In this document: piece after piece, positions 1-10,326 of the stretch
Position numbering within the stretch: position 1 is the first letter of the stretch
How the letters are laid out: every line of letters starts with the position of its first letter
DNA from: Moraxella nasovis
GTDB taxonomy: Bacteria; Pseudomonadota; Gammaproteobacteria; Pseudomonadales; Moraxellaceae
Assembly (NCBI RefSeq): GCF_022701215.1
Contig: NZ_CP089976.1
Location: 1,710,001 to 1,742,000, forward strand
DNA: 32,000 bases
Direction: 5' to 3'
Program-made: the position numbers and the translations under genes
Notes under the pieces: generated by a model
Told to the model about the DNA's origin: nothing
Databases searched by the model: none
The model's input: only the letters and a program-made list of their open reading frames with translations

Positions 1-2
1 AT

Positions 3-995
3 GCGGTAGATGAGAATTTAGAAAGCATGATTGATGAGATCATGATGGAACGCTCTTATGCCATCTGGAGCCATACACCTTATGCGATTAAACGCCGTAT
101 CTATGCGCACGCTCACCACGAACTGCCAAGTGTTATGAAAAATCTCGTGCTGGATCTGACCTATAATGTTGAAGATCTTGTGGATATGCGTGCGATGATT
201 GTTCGCAAGATGGAAAAAGATCGCAAGCTGATGGTGGATATGTTCTTGCGTGTCGGCAAAAAAGAGATTAATTTCATCTGGAAAATCAGTGCGGTTATTG
301 GCTTTGGCTTTGGTATCGTGCAGATGGCGATTTTTTATTTTGTGCCACAGCATTGGACTGTTCCTTTTTTTGCTGCCGTTTGGGGGGCGTTGACCAACTG
401 GATTGCCATTTGGATGGTGTTTAATCCTGTTGAGCCTGTGAAGATTTCATTTATTAGATTGTTCGTTAAACAGCCAAATGGCAAGCTGCGTCTGTGCGTG
501 CCACATTTTCACCGCTATGAATGGCAAGGCGGCTTTATGAAACGCCAAGATGAGGTATCTAGCGTATTTGCCCAGATCGTCGTTAATGAACTAGTGACGC
601 TTGAAAATATCATGCATGAGATGATGTATGGCACAAGACAAGTGCAGACACGCAGACTGATTAAGTCGCACATGCACAGCTTACTGGAGTCGCCTGTGGT
701 AGCGACAACTCTAAGAATGAGCATGGATACAGGCGAGATAGATCGCTTTGAGGAGACGATTATTGATAAGTCGATCGATGCAACTATGATGCCTATTCGT
801 GATCCACTGCTTAATACATCTCGTGCTAGTAAAATCTTTGGGCTATTTGAAAGTCGCATTCGTGAGCTGTCGCCACAGGAGTTTCAGAACCTATTAAGAC
901 CTGCCTTTAAAGAAGATGAGATGACGCTGGTAGTGCTAGGGGCGATTACAGGTCTATTTGCTGGGTGGCTACATTTAGTGGTGGTGTTTTTTTAA
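3..995 (+). CDS. DUF445-family membrane protein, 5' partial (frame is open to the window edge)
   Basis: The reading frame stays open from position 3. The ...TNWIAIWMVFNPVEP... segment followed by ...GGFMKRQDEVSSVFAQIVVNELVTLENI... resembles the DUF445 pattern (TNxLAIxMLFxP ... GLIPKRxxEla..ig..vv.eLL). Hydrophobic segments occur mid-protein and at the C-terminus. Confidence 0.6.
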   Translation, partial: AVDENLESMIDEIMMERSYAIWSHTPYAIKRRIYAHAHHELPSVMKNLVLDLTYNVEDLVDMRAMIVRKMEKDRKLMVDMFLRVGKKEINFIWKISAVIGFGFGIVQMAIFYFVPQHWTVPFFAAVWGALTNWIAIWMVFNPVEPVKISFIRLFVKQPNGKLRLCVPHFHRYEWQGGFMKRQDEVSSVFAQIVVNELVTLENIMHEMMYGTRQVQTRRLIKSHMHSLLESPVVATTLRMSMDTGEIDRFEETIIDKSIDATMMPIRDPLLNTSRASKIFGLFESRIRELSPQEFQNLLRPAFKEDEMTLVVLGAITGLFAGWLHLVVVFF

Positions 996-1351
996 TATAT
1001 CTTAAGCTTTAACACATCTTTAAGGAAAGGGGGTGTGGTGAATATCATATAAAGCCATGCTGCTGGCAGTGTGCTAGCACGTCTGTGATGACGTAAGCAG
1101 CATTAATGTCACTTATCGGTAAGCGGCATAAGGCGATAAAAACTCAAACAATCTTAGGGTGGTGTATGCTAAGGGAAGAAGGCGTCCGCTAAACAGCTGC
1201 CAAAGAGTGGCTTGTTAGGCGTGCGATAATGGCTATCAAGATGGCTATGACGCCTACTAAACCCTAAAGTAGATAGATGATTAACTGTATGCCACCGCTT
1301 AGATCTTAGGCGTGGCGATGATAAGAATGGCACACGAGTAAGGTGGGTTTT

Positions 1352-3313
1352 ATGCTGATTACAGAACTTGGATATTTTACATTACTGATTGCTTTTATCT
1401 TAGCTATGCTCCAAGCTATCTTACCTGCACTTGGGGTTATCAGGCGACAAGTGCAGTGGCAGCGGCTCGCCCCAAGCCTTGCAATGGCTCAGTTTTTGGC
1501 GATGACGGTATCGTTCGGTGGTCTAATGGCAGGCTTTTTACTAAATGACTTTAGCCTAAGCTATGTTACATCGCATTCTAATTCGCTGTTGCCATGGTAC
1601 TATAAGATGTCAGCAGTGTGGGGCGGTCATGAAGGGTCGCTACTGCTATGGCTTATGATCTTATCAGCATGGTGTGCCTTAGTGGCACTGCTAAGTCGTG
1701 GACTGCCTTTAGATATTAAAGCTCGAGTGCTGTCGGTGCTAGGTGGTGTGCAGGTGATGATGATGGCGATGCTGATTTTTACATCTAGTCCGTTTGATCG
1801 CACCTTACCAAATATTCCTGTGGATGGGACAGACCTAAATCCACTACTTCAAGACCCTGGTTTAATATTTCATCCGCCAATGCTATACATGGGCTATGTC
1901 GGTATGGCTGTGCCTTTTGCTTTTTGTATTGCGGCTTTATGGGCAGGTAGACTAGATGCAGTGTGGACTCGCTGGAGTCGTCCGTGGACGCTGACGGCGT
2001 GGGCATTTTTAACGCTCGGTATCGCTCTTGGCTCGTGGTGGGCGTATTATGAGCTTGGCTGGGGTGGCTGGTGGTTTTGGGATCCTGTTGAGAATGCATC
2101 ACTCATGCCTTGGCTGGCAGCGACAGCTTTATTACACTCATTAGCAGTAACAGAAAAGCGGGGCGTGTTTAAGGCATGGACAATTATGCTGGCGATTTTC
2201 TCTTTTGCGTTATCACTGCTAGGCACGTTCTTAGTGCGATCAGGTGCGATTACGTCTGTGCATTCGTTCGCCGCTGACCCAACTCGTGGCGTGGCAATCT
2301 TAATTATTCTAGGAGTGGTGATTGGCGTGGGGCTTATCTTGTTTGCCTTGCGTGGCTGGCGACTAACTGCAGAGAGTCATTACACGCTAAAATCTCGTGA
2401 GACTTTCTTGGTGATTAATAATATTATCATCTTAGTGGCGACACTTGTGGTGGCTATAGGAACGCTGTATCCTATGATTGCTGATGCCTTTAAGCTTGGT
2501 CAAGTATCGGTAGGAACTCCTTATTTTAATCAGCTGTTTGTGCCTTTGACTTGGATTTTAATGGGTTTTATGGGTATCGGTGTAACTTTACGATATAAAA
2601 AAGACAGTCGCTCCTTTATGAAGATAAGTGTGATGACAGCGATGGCATCATGCATACTAGGTGGAGCGTTGGCATATGCTTTAGGCTATCTGGGTAAGAC
2701 GCATGGCATTCATTGGCACGTGGTGCTGACGGCAGTGTTGTCTGTGTGGGTGCTTGGATTTATCGTATTAGATATTAAGGATAAGACACGTCATGCGTCT
2801 TCGTTTTGGATTGGGTTTACAAAGCTAGCTCCAAGCTATCATGGTATGCAGATTGCTCATATTGGCGTCTTGGTGGCGGCTCTTGGCGTGGGTGGTGTAA
2901 CTACTTTTGATGTTGAAAAAGATGTCGCTATGGGCGTGGGCGATAGTGTTAATGTGCAAGGTTATGACTTTTACTTGTCAGAATTTAGTACTCTTAAAGG
3001 GGCAAACTACGATGCCACTCAAGCGACTATCACCGTAAAAGATAATGGCAGTCTACTAGCGACTTTATACCCCCAAAAGCGTGATTATGTCGTCTCAATG
3101 ATGCCGATGACTGAAGTGGGTATTCGCCCAAGTCTATTAAATGAAGTCTATGTCGCCTTAGGCGAGCCTATAGATACGCAAATAGGTCACGAACAGTGGG
3201 CAGTGCGTATCTACGTTAAGCCCTTGGTTCGTTGGGTGTGGCTTGGTGCGATACTGATGGCGATTGGTGCGTTTGTAGCGATGATGGATAAGCGTTATCG
3301 CATTGGCAAATGA
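1352..3313 (+). CDS. ccmF: Cytochrome c-type biogenesis heme lyase CcmF
   Basis: A 650-aa polytopic membrane protein with the WWD motif WGGWWFWDPVENASLMPWL and WGGHEGSLLLW. ATG 1352 is preceded by the SD AAGGTGG (1340-1346). The track's GTG at 1343 lies inside that SD, so ATG 1352 is preferred. Confidence 0.95.
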   Translation: MLITELGYFTLLIAFILAMLQAILPALGVIRRQVQWQRLAPSLAMAQFLAMTVSFGGLMAGFLLNDFSLSYVTSHSNSLLPWYYKMSAVWGGHEGSLLLWLMILSAWCALVALLSRGLPLDIKARVLSVLGGVQVMMMAMLIFTSSPFDRTLPNIPVDGTDLNPLLQDPGLIFHPPMLYMGYVGMAVPFAFCIAALWAGRLDAVWTRWSRPWTLTAWAFLTLGIALGSWWAYYELGWGGWWFWDPVENASLMPWLAATALLHSLAVTEKRGVFKAWTIMLAIFSFALSLLGTFLVRSGAITSVHSFAADPTRGVAILIILGVVIGVGLILFALRGWRLTAESHYTLKSRETFLVINNIIILVATLVVAIGTLYPMIADAFKLGQVSVGTPYFNQLFVPLTWILMGFMGIGVTLRYKKDSRSFMKISVMTAMASCILGGALAYALGYLGKTHGIHWHVVLTAVLSVWVLGFIVLDIKDKTRHASSFWIGFTKLAPSYHGMQIAHIGVLVAALGVGGVTTFDVEKDVAMGVGDSVNVQGYDFYLSEFSTLKGANYDATQATITVKDNGSLLATLYPQKRDYVVSMMPMTEVGIRPSLLNEVYVALGEPIDTQIGHEQWAVRIYVKPLVRWVWLGAILMAIGAFVAMMDKRYRIGK

Positions 3314-3333
3314 CAATAAGTAGGAAAATTGTG

Positions 3334-3930
3334 ATGAAAAAATCTACTCAAAAATGGCTGTTTATTATTCCGCTTGTGGTGTTTGCAGGGCTAATCGCTA
3401 TGCTGTCCTTACGCCAAGATAATGTCCAAAAGGCAGGAACAAGTGATATCGTCAATACCAAATCTACATATCGTCAGTTACCAAGCTTTAGTTTGCCACT
3501 ACTGTCTGACCCATCACGCACGATGACCAATAACGATCTACCTAAGACGCCATTTATCCTAAATATATGGGGTTCATGGTGTCTAACTTGCCGAGTGGAA
3601 CACCCATTTTTAATGGAGCTGCACGACCAAGGCGTGCTAATGATTGGCGTAAACTATAAAGATGAGCCAGAAGATGCACTCACATACCTAAATGAGCATA
3701 GCGACCCATTTTTATACTCAGTGCAAGATTATACAGGTGATTTGGCTTTAGATCTTGGCTTAACAGGAGCACCTGAAAGTTTCATCGTGGATCAAGATGG
3801 CGTGGTGAGACTGCACATCGTGGGTGAGATTCATGCTGACAATTATGCCAATAAAATTAAGCCTTGTATGATAGCTCTAGCAGATGATAGCCTAGACGAA
3901 GCTGCCAAAAACCAAGCATGTGGAGGTTAG
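3334..3930 (+). CDS. ccmG: Thiol:disulfide oxidoreductase CcmG/DsbE
   Basis: Thioredoxin-fold WCLTCRVEHP (WCxxC) motif, GAPESFIVD motif and an N-terminal signal anchor MKKSTQKWLFIIPLVVFAGL. An AGGA at 3321-3324 precedes ATG 3334. The alternative start ATG 3310 overlaps the ccmF stop (ATGA). Confidence 0.9.
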   Translation: MKKSTQKWLFIIPLVVFAGLIAMLSLRQDNVQKAGTSDIVNTKSTYRQLPSFSLPLLSDPSRTMTNNDLPKTPFILNIWGSWCLTCRVEHPFLMELHDQGVLMIGVNYKDEPEDALTYLNEHSDPFLYSVQDYTGDLALDLGLTGAPESFIVDQDGVVRLHIVGEIHADNYANKIKPCMIALADDSLDEAAKNQACGG

Positions 3931-4449
3931 ATGAAACCGATAAAACAGCTACTGATGAGCCTTAGCATGATGGCTTTTTTAACGCTACCTGCTCTTGGGG
4001 CGATTGAGATTCGAGAGTTTGACAACAGTGTCCAAGAAGCACGCTATAATGCTTTGATTGAAGATTTTCGATGTCCGACTTGCCAAAATCAGAATCTAGC
4101 AGGTTCGGATGCTCCCATCGCCCAAGACCTTAAACAAAAAACCTACGAAATGATCAAAGATGGTCGTAGTGATCGTGAGATTCGTGATTTTATGTTTGAG
4201 CGGTATGGCGATTTTATCAGCTATAAGCCACCTATTAGACCTTCGACTTGGATTTTATGGTTTTTTCCGCCGATTTTGTTGATTATGTTGCTTTTGGGTT
4301 GGTTTTATAAAGCCAAAGGCATTCGCCAAGTCATGGCAGATGATGTAAATGCACTATCTGCTGACGAAGAGATGCGTATTGCTCAGATTTTAGAGCATCA
4401 TCAGCATAATCATAACAGCTATCAGAATGCAGATAGGGAGCGACCATGA
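3931..4449 (+). CDS. ccmH: Cytochrome c-type biogenesis protein CcmH (heme-lyase subunit)
   Basis: Signal peptide followed by the FRCPTCQNQ (RCxxC) motif, with a later TM segment. It starts directly after the ccmG stop. Confidence 0.9.
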   Translation: MKPIKQLLMSLSMMAFLTLPALGAIEIREFDNSVQEARYNALIEDFRCPTCQNQNLAGSDAPIAQDLKQKTYEMIKDGRSDREIRDFMFERYGDFISYKPPIRPSTWILWFFPPILLIMLLLGWFYKAKGIRQVMADDVNALSADEEMRIAQILEHHQHNHNSYQNADRERP

Positions 4450-5708
4450 GCCCAAGTTTGTTATTATTTTTTAGTGCAGCGGTACTGCTGTGTCTTGTGA
4501 TCTCAATCATTGTCATTTTGCCATGGATGAGAACTCGAGCACCATCAGATAATCGCTTAATGTCGGTAAATGTCGCTGTATTTGAGCAGCGTATTGCAGA
4601 GCTGAATGACGATAAGGCGACAGGGCTTATCAACGATGAGACGCACCAAGCCCAGATCATTGAACTAAAACGCCAGCTATTAGAGGCACAGACTAAGAGC
4701 GAAATAAGCACTCCTGTCGGCAGAAAAGGCAGGCTTATCGTGATTATTTGGGTGCTGATTTTATCGGCTATGGCTTATTTGCTCGTGGCTGACCGTACGA
4801 GTGTTTTTAAGTTATGGGAGGCTCAAGACACAGTTGGGCAAGTGGCTGATGATTTATTAACAGGTAAGATTAGTACGCCACCTGAATGGGCGGCAAAAGA
4901 TAGCATGGCATTGATTAGTGCAATGCAGACAAATGTTCATCGCCATGCCTATGACGCAGATCGTTGGATACGACTGTCAGAGCTATTTGGTATGATTGAC
5001 GCCAAGTCGCAAGCAGTTGAGGCGGTTTCACGGGCTTATCGTTTACAGCCAGATAATATTGATATCGCCATGCGTTATGTTCAGACACGGTTTTTTGCAG
5101 CAAATGGTGTGCTTGATGCCCAAGGTTTTGATGCTGTTCAAGGCGTATTGGCAAAACAGCCAGCTCATGAAGGTGCGATGATGATGATGGCGATGGGTGA
5201 GGCACGCGCTAGAAATTTTGATGCCGCTAGGCAGTGGATTGGTCGGTTGCGTGAAAATATCGCCACCAAATCAGGCGATAGAAGTGAGGCTTTAAGTAGC
5301 TTAGACAGCTTGCTCGCTCATATTGATCAGCAAGAACACCAAGACCAGCAAGGCGTGGAAGTGTCTATTACTGTCGATGAGCAGCTGATGCCAAAGCTTA
5401 ATAGTGGCTCAGTGCTGTTTATTGCCATCAGTGAAGTGGCAGGAGGTCCGCCCTATGCTGCAAAGCGATTGCCTATATCAGAACTTCAGCAAGGTGAGAC
5501 TCAGGTTACGCTAAGTGATCTAGATGCGGTGATGCCAGAACGCACCTTAAGCTTGGCTCGCCAAAACGGTGCTAAGCTTAAGCTGACTGCCCACATCAGT
5601 AGCAGTGGCGATGCGGTCACTAAATCTGGGGATTTATCTGCTAATCCTGTCATTTTAACAATAGCTCAAAAGTCTGCTAAGATTCATATCGCACGCATCG
5701 TGCCTTAA
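4446..5708 (+). CDS. ccmI: c-type cytochrome biogenesis protein CcmI (TPR-containing)
   Basis: Its start overlaps the ccmH stop (ATGA). It has two N-terminal TM segments separated by a charged helix, then TPR-like repeats. Its position after ccmH matches a split ccmH/ccmI arrangement. Confidence 0.8.
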   Translation: MSPSLLLFFSAAVLLCLVISIIVILPWMRTRAPSDNRLMSVNVAVFEQRIAELNDDKATGLINDETHQAQIIELKRQLLEAQTKSEISTPVGRKGRLIVIIWVLILSAMAYLLVADRTSVFKLWEAQDTVGQVADDLLTGKISTPPEWAAKDSMALISAMQTNVHRHAYDADRWIRLSELFGMIDAKSQAVEAVSRAYRLQPDNIDIAMRYVQTRFFAANGVLDAQGFDAVQGVLAKQPAHEGAMMMMAMGEARARNFDAARQWIGRLRENIATKSGDRSEALSSLDSLLAHIDQQEHQDQQGVEVSITVDEQLMPKLNSGSVLFIAISEVAGGPPYAAKRLPISELQQGETQVTLSDLDAVMPERTLSLARQNGAKLKLTAHISSSGDAVTKSGDLSANPVILTIAQKSAKIHIARIVP

Positions 5709-5936
5709 GTGAGGTAAGCGATTAGATTGCATAAAATGCTTGAACATTTTTGGCTTGTGGTTTATAGTGAGAAATCGGTTTTATAACGTTACAAACCTAT
5801 TCATGATTTAATTTTTTGTCATAGGTGGGATACCCCAATTTTAGCAAAAAGCGTCTTTTTGGCTTGTTGGCTTAATTATTTGGCGTGATTGAATGGGTTT
5901 TAAGACCGTTCCTTTTCTAGCATTAAGCCATTTTAA

Positions 5937-6617
<681 letters not shown>

Positions 6618-6635
6618 GTTTGTCTTACTTGACAA

Positions 6636-6664
6636 AACCACCCAAAACGACTGGGTGGTTTTTT
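6636..6664 (+). terminator. Rho-independent terminator of adk
   Basis: A 9-bp stem AACCACCCA/TGGGTGGTT with a 7-nt loop, followed by a T-run. Confidence 0.85.
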
Positions 6665-6782
6665 ATGGGCGTATGATACATGGCGACTACCTTTATGGGG
6701 CTATTTGTCACCTATTTGTTAAAGCTTGGCATAAAAATTGACAATGTGCTTAAGCGTGCTTTAGGTGGTGTGGGCGGACAGT

Positions 6783-6815
6783 AAAAACACCTTCTAAGCC
6801 TAAACCTAGAAGGTG
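6783..6815 (-). terminator. Rho-independent terminator of cstA
   Basis: A 9-bp stem CACCTTCTA/TAGAAGGTG with a 10-nt loop. On the minus strand it is followed by TTTTT (A-run 6783-6787 on plus). Confidence 0.8.
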
Positions 6816-6832
6816 CTATAGACCTAAGCTTA

Positions 6833-8440
6833 TTAAACTTTAATAGCGGTCGATGTGATTTTTTCTTCTACAATAAGAGCGTCAGGATCGCCTGCGATTT
6901 GTTCACGTTTGACAAATAAGAAGAATGCCCCTGTTGTTAGGATAGTCAAACCAATGCCGATATAGACTGACAGCTGATAATCAAGCTCAAAGCCGATTTT
7001 ATTATACGCTAAGAATGTATAGCACGCTGCACTCATAAAGATGGCAGGAATACTACAAACCCAATGAAACTTACGATAGCGATACAGATAACCTGCCGCT
7101 GTCCAAAGCATAACCACAGCGACAGTTTGGTTTGCCCAGCTAAAGTAACGCCATAAGATTTGAAAGTCCACTTTAGAGACGATAAAGCCTATCACAAATA
7201 GCGGGATAGCAATGAGTAGACGTTTGGTTAGGGTGCGTTGTTCCATATTTAAGAACTCAGCAATGATGAGACGAGCTGCACGAAACGCAGTATCTCCAGA
7301 AGTAATCGGTAGTATAACCACACCAAGGACAGCGAATATGCCACCAATCAAGCCAAGATAAGAGATAGAGCTGTCATACACCACTTTAGAGGGTGAGCCT
7401 GCAGCAATCGCTTCTTGAAGTGCTGATAAATCAGGATAAAACGACATGCCGACCACGCACCAAATCAGAGCAATCACACCTTCGGCAATCATCGCACCAT
7501 AAAAAATGAAACGACCTTCGTCTTCGCGTTCAGCACAGCGAGCCATCAGTGGGGTTTGGGTAGCGTGAAATCCTGACAATGCACCACAGGTGATGGTTAG
7601 GAATAACAAAGGCCAGATTGGTAGGTCGTTTTTTGGTTGGAAGTTTTGAAAGAAGCTTTCAACTGTTAAGCCGCCCATAGAATGAAAGAAATAGGTATCA
7701 GAACTGCCAAGCTCATTTTTAAGAAGTCCATAAGTCATACCAAGTGACATGAACAGCAATAAACCACCGAAAAATGGATAAACCTTACCAATAATCTTAT
7801 CAATCGGTAGCAAAGTCGCTATGATGTAGTAGATAAAGATAATCGCCGTCCAAGCAATCAGCACGGTTTCTTTGGTCATGCCAAAGAAGGTGTTTACTGA
7901 TGAGCTGGCAGCAGCTGCTACACTTTCAGCGTTATCAACTGAGATCGCTCCTGTAGCATTTGAGCCAAAGGCGTCCATCGTGATGGCACTCATGAGCTGG
8001 GCTGGGCTGGCGACGAATACAACTCCGACCAGTAATAAAAGCACGACAGCAAGCAAGTTAATAAAGTGCTTGACTGGTTGACCTAGGTATTTACCAGTCA
8101 GGTACGGCATAGACGCACCACCGTTACGCACCGATAGCATACCACACATATAGTCATGCACAGCACCAGCAAAAATACAGCCGATGACAATCCATAGCAT
8201 GGCGACAGGACCATATAATGCCCCTAAAATTGGACCAAAGATTGGACCTGTTCCTGCGATGTTTAGTAGCTGAATTAGCCAAATACGCCCTTTAGACATT
8301 GGGACATAGTCCACGCCATCAGTCATGGCATAGGCAGGCGTATTTTTATTTGGGTTTATGACAAAGATTTTTTCGATAACCTTGCCATATACAAAGTAGC
8401 CAATAATAAGAATGGCGATACAAAAGAAAAACCACAACAT
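6833..8440 (-). CDS. cstA: Carbon starvation protein A family transporter (CstA-like peptide/pyruvate transporter)
   Basis: A 535-aa polytopic membrane protein. The N-terminus ...DGVDYVPMSKGRIWLIQLLNIAGTGPIFGPILGALYGP... is characteristic of the CstA family. Confidence 0.88.
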   Translation of the reverse strand: MLWFFFCIAILIIGYFVYGKVIEKIFVINPNKNTPAYAMTDGVDYVPMSKGRIWLIQLLNIAGTGPIFGPILGALYGPVAMLWIVIGCIFAGAVHDYMCGMLSVRNGGASMPYLTGKYLGQPVKHFINLLAVVLLLLVGVVFVASPAQLMSAITMDAFGSNATGAISVDNAESVAAAASSSVNTFFGMTKETVLIAWTAIIFIYYIIATLLPIDKIIGKVYPFFGGLLLFMSLGMTYGLLKNELGSSDTYFFHSMGGLTVESFFQNFQPKNDLPIWPLLFLTITCGALSGFHATQTPLMARCAEREDEGRFIFYGAMIAEGVIALIWCVVGMSFYPDLSALQEAIAAGSPSKVVYDSSISYLGLIGGIFAVLGVVILPITSGDTAFRAARLIIAEFLNMEQRTLTKRLLIAIPLFVIGFIVSKVDFQILWRYFSWANQTVAVVMLWTAAGYLYRYRKFHWVCSIPAIFMSAACYTFLAYNKIGFELDYQLSVYIGIGLTILTTGAFFLFVKREQIAGDPDALIVEEKITSTAIKV

Positions 8441-8683
8441 AGTTAGATTCCCATAGATAGATGTACACCGTTCAATGATGTGGGCTTACAAACAACTTAG
8501 CCAAATCAGCTCCAATGAATATAAAGGTGGGTTCTGCCATTCACTAAAGTGAATGCAAAAATGGTGCTAAACGGTGATGTTAGGATATAAAAATTTTGCT
8601 TGATTGTAAAGTGGTATTTAACTTGTGTAACTTTTGTGTCATTGCTCAAGATCGCTTGTGACCGTTATGATTACGCTTTACCA

Positions 8684-8713
8684 TAAAAATCGCACAGCAT
8701 AAAACTGTGCGAT
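8684..8713 (-). terminator. Rho-independent terminator of the thiolase gene
   Basis: Stem ATCGCACAG/CTGTGCGAT with a 7-nt loop. On the minus strand it is followed by TTTTAT. Confidence 0.8.
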
Positions 8714-8737
8714 TAAATGTAATATAAATCAATGGCG

Positions 8738-10024
8738 TTAGCGTTCTAAGATACAAGTAACACCTTGACCACCTGCTGCACAAATAGAGATTAAGGCACG
8801 ACCTTTGCTTTTTTGGGCAAGCAGCTTAGCAGCAGTTGCTAAGATACGCCCACCTGTGGCAGCAAAAGGGTGTCCTGCAGCAAGACTTGAGCCATTGACA
8901 TTGAGCTTGCTACGGTCTATTGAGCCAAGTGGTGCGTCAAGCCCTAGACGGTGCTTGCAGAAAGTCTCATCTTCCCAAGCAGCTAAAGTAGCTAACACTT
9001 GAGAGGCGAAAGCTTCATGAATCTCATAAAAATCAAAGTCTTGTAAAGTTAAACCTGCCTTTTTTAGCATTTTTGGCACAGCATAGGCAGGTGCAAGCAG
9101 TAAGCCTTCAGTAAGCCCATCTTTGCCAATAAAATCAACCGCCGTTGTCTGCTGATGTGTCAGATAGGCTAAAGGCTCATACCCATGCTTAGCTGCCCAT
9201 TCATCACTTGCCAGTAGAACGCAGCTTGCACCGTCCGTTAGGGGGGTGGAGTTGCCTGCTGTCATGGTAGGGTTGGCATTTTTTTTGCCAAATACAGGCT
9301 TTAATTTAGCAAGTTTGTCAAGACTGGTGTCAAAGCGTAGGTTATTGTCTTGACTAAGACCTTTATAAGGGGTGATGAGATCATCAAAAAAACCACTTTC
9401 ATAGGCTTTTGCTAGATTGTGATGACTATTCATTGCCAATTCATCTTGAGCTTGGCGGCTAATGTTCCACTCTAAAGCAGTGATGGCTTGGTGTTCGCCC
9501 ATAGATAGACGAGTGCGTGGCTCGCCATTAGCTGGAAAAGAAAGTATATCTTTTGGGTTGATATGCGTTAGGGCGGTTAATTTAGCCTTAATGTCTTTGG
9601 CGTTATTAAGCTCAAGTAATGGCTTACGAATGCCATCACCTAACGCAATCGGTGCGTCTGATGTGGTGTCTGTACCACCTGCAATCCCACTATCAATAAT
9701 ACCTAAGGCAATTTTATTAGCGACAGCAAAAGCAGCCTGTAGCCCTGTGCCACACGCCTGCGAGATGTCATAACTTGGTGTTTGTGGGCTTAGTGGGGTG
9801 TTTAGTGCACTTTCACGTGTTAAGTTTAGGTCACGGCTGTGCTTAAGCACGGTTCCTGCAACTACTTCTCCGATGGGCTTATTAGCCAAATCATAACGTG
9901 CAACCAGACCATTTAGGGCGGCACTTAGCATGTCAATGTTGCTAGCGTCCGCATAAGCTCCGTTTGAGCGCGCAAAAGGGATGCGATTACCACCGATGAT
10001 GGCGACTTTTTTGATATCAGTCAT
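8738..10024 (-). CDS. Acetyl-CoA C-acyltransferase (thiolase family)
   Basis: Thiolase active-site motifs are present: SQACGTGLQA (nucleophilic Cys), GHPFAATGGR (His) and CAAGGQGVTCILE (C-terminal Cys). SD AAGGA lies about 8 nt upstream of the ATG. Confidence 0.93.
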   Translation of the reverse strand: MTDIKKVAIIGGNRIPFARSNGAYADASNIDMLSAALNGLVARYDLANKPIGEVVAGTVLKHSRDLNLTRESALNTPLSPQTPSYDISQACGTGLQAAFAVANKIALGIIDSGIAGGTDTTSDAPIALGDGIRKPLLELNNAKDIKAKLTALTHINPKDILSFPANGEPRTRLSMGEHQAITALEWNISRQAQDELAMNSHHNLAKAYESGFFDDLITPYKGLSQDNNLRFDTSLDKLAKLKPVFGKKNANPTMTAGNSTPLTDGASCVLLASDEWAAKHGYEPLAYLTHQQTTAVDFIGKDGLTEGLLLAPAYAVPKMLKKAGLTLQDFDFYEIHEAFASQVLATLAAWEDETFCKHRLGLDAPLGSIDRSKLNVNGSSLAAGHPFAATGGRILATAAKLLAQKSKGRALISICAAGGQGVTCILER

Positions 10025-10231
10025 AATTTTTTCCTTCAGTGATGAATGATTGTTTATTTTCTGTGAGTTTGTTAGAATTCCTAGAAAGCTATATTCCTAG
10101 TAAAGCTAAGTATATTATGAAAGCTAGCTTACCATCATTAACCTAAAAGAGGTAGGTTTTTTCTTAATAATAATAAATTTTTTGTAAAAATATTTTATAG
10201 AATAACTTTTATTTATATTTTAAGACATTTT

Positions 10232-10260
10232 TTAGCAACCATGTATTTTTATGCTAGAAT
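10232..10260 (+). promoter_or_regulatory. Candidate sigma70 promoter with extended -10, for the fabG4-like operon
   Basis: TTAGCA (10232-10237), a 17-bp spacer, then TGcTAGAAT (10252-10260), about 67 nt upstream of ATG 10327. Confidence 0.45.
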
Positions 10261-10326
10261 GCGTTTATTAAGTGTAAATAGCACATCTAACCAGTTCGCT
10301 GATTTATTGATAAGAAGGATGACATT

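Noticed and set aside
18-859. Minus-strand ORFs 18-353 and 515-859 opposite the DUF445 gene.
   Set aside because: These are shadow ORFs. The plus-strand frame carries the family-like motifs and TM segments.
996-1342. Possibility that the structured spacer is a known housekeeping RNA (RNase P RNA, 6S, SRP or tmRNA).
   Set aside because: I could not find the hallmark conserved strings, such as the GGAAAGUCCGG-type P4 region of RNase P, the SRP GGAA/AGCA domain IV motif or a tRNA-like tmRNA end. Only an Rfam scan could settle this.
9279-9286. A T8 homopolymer (A8 in the sense strand, encoding KKN) and a nearby G6 run (9241-9246) inside the thiolase gene, considered as slipped-strand phase-variation tracts.
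   Set aside because: Runs of this length are common in AT-rich genomes. The gene is intact and metabolic, and nothing else suggests phase variation.
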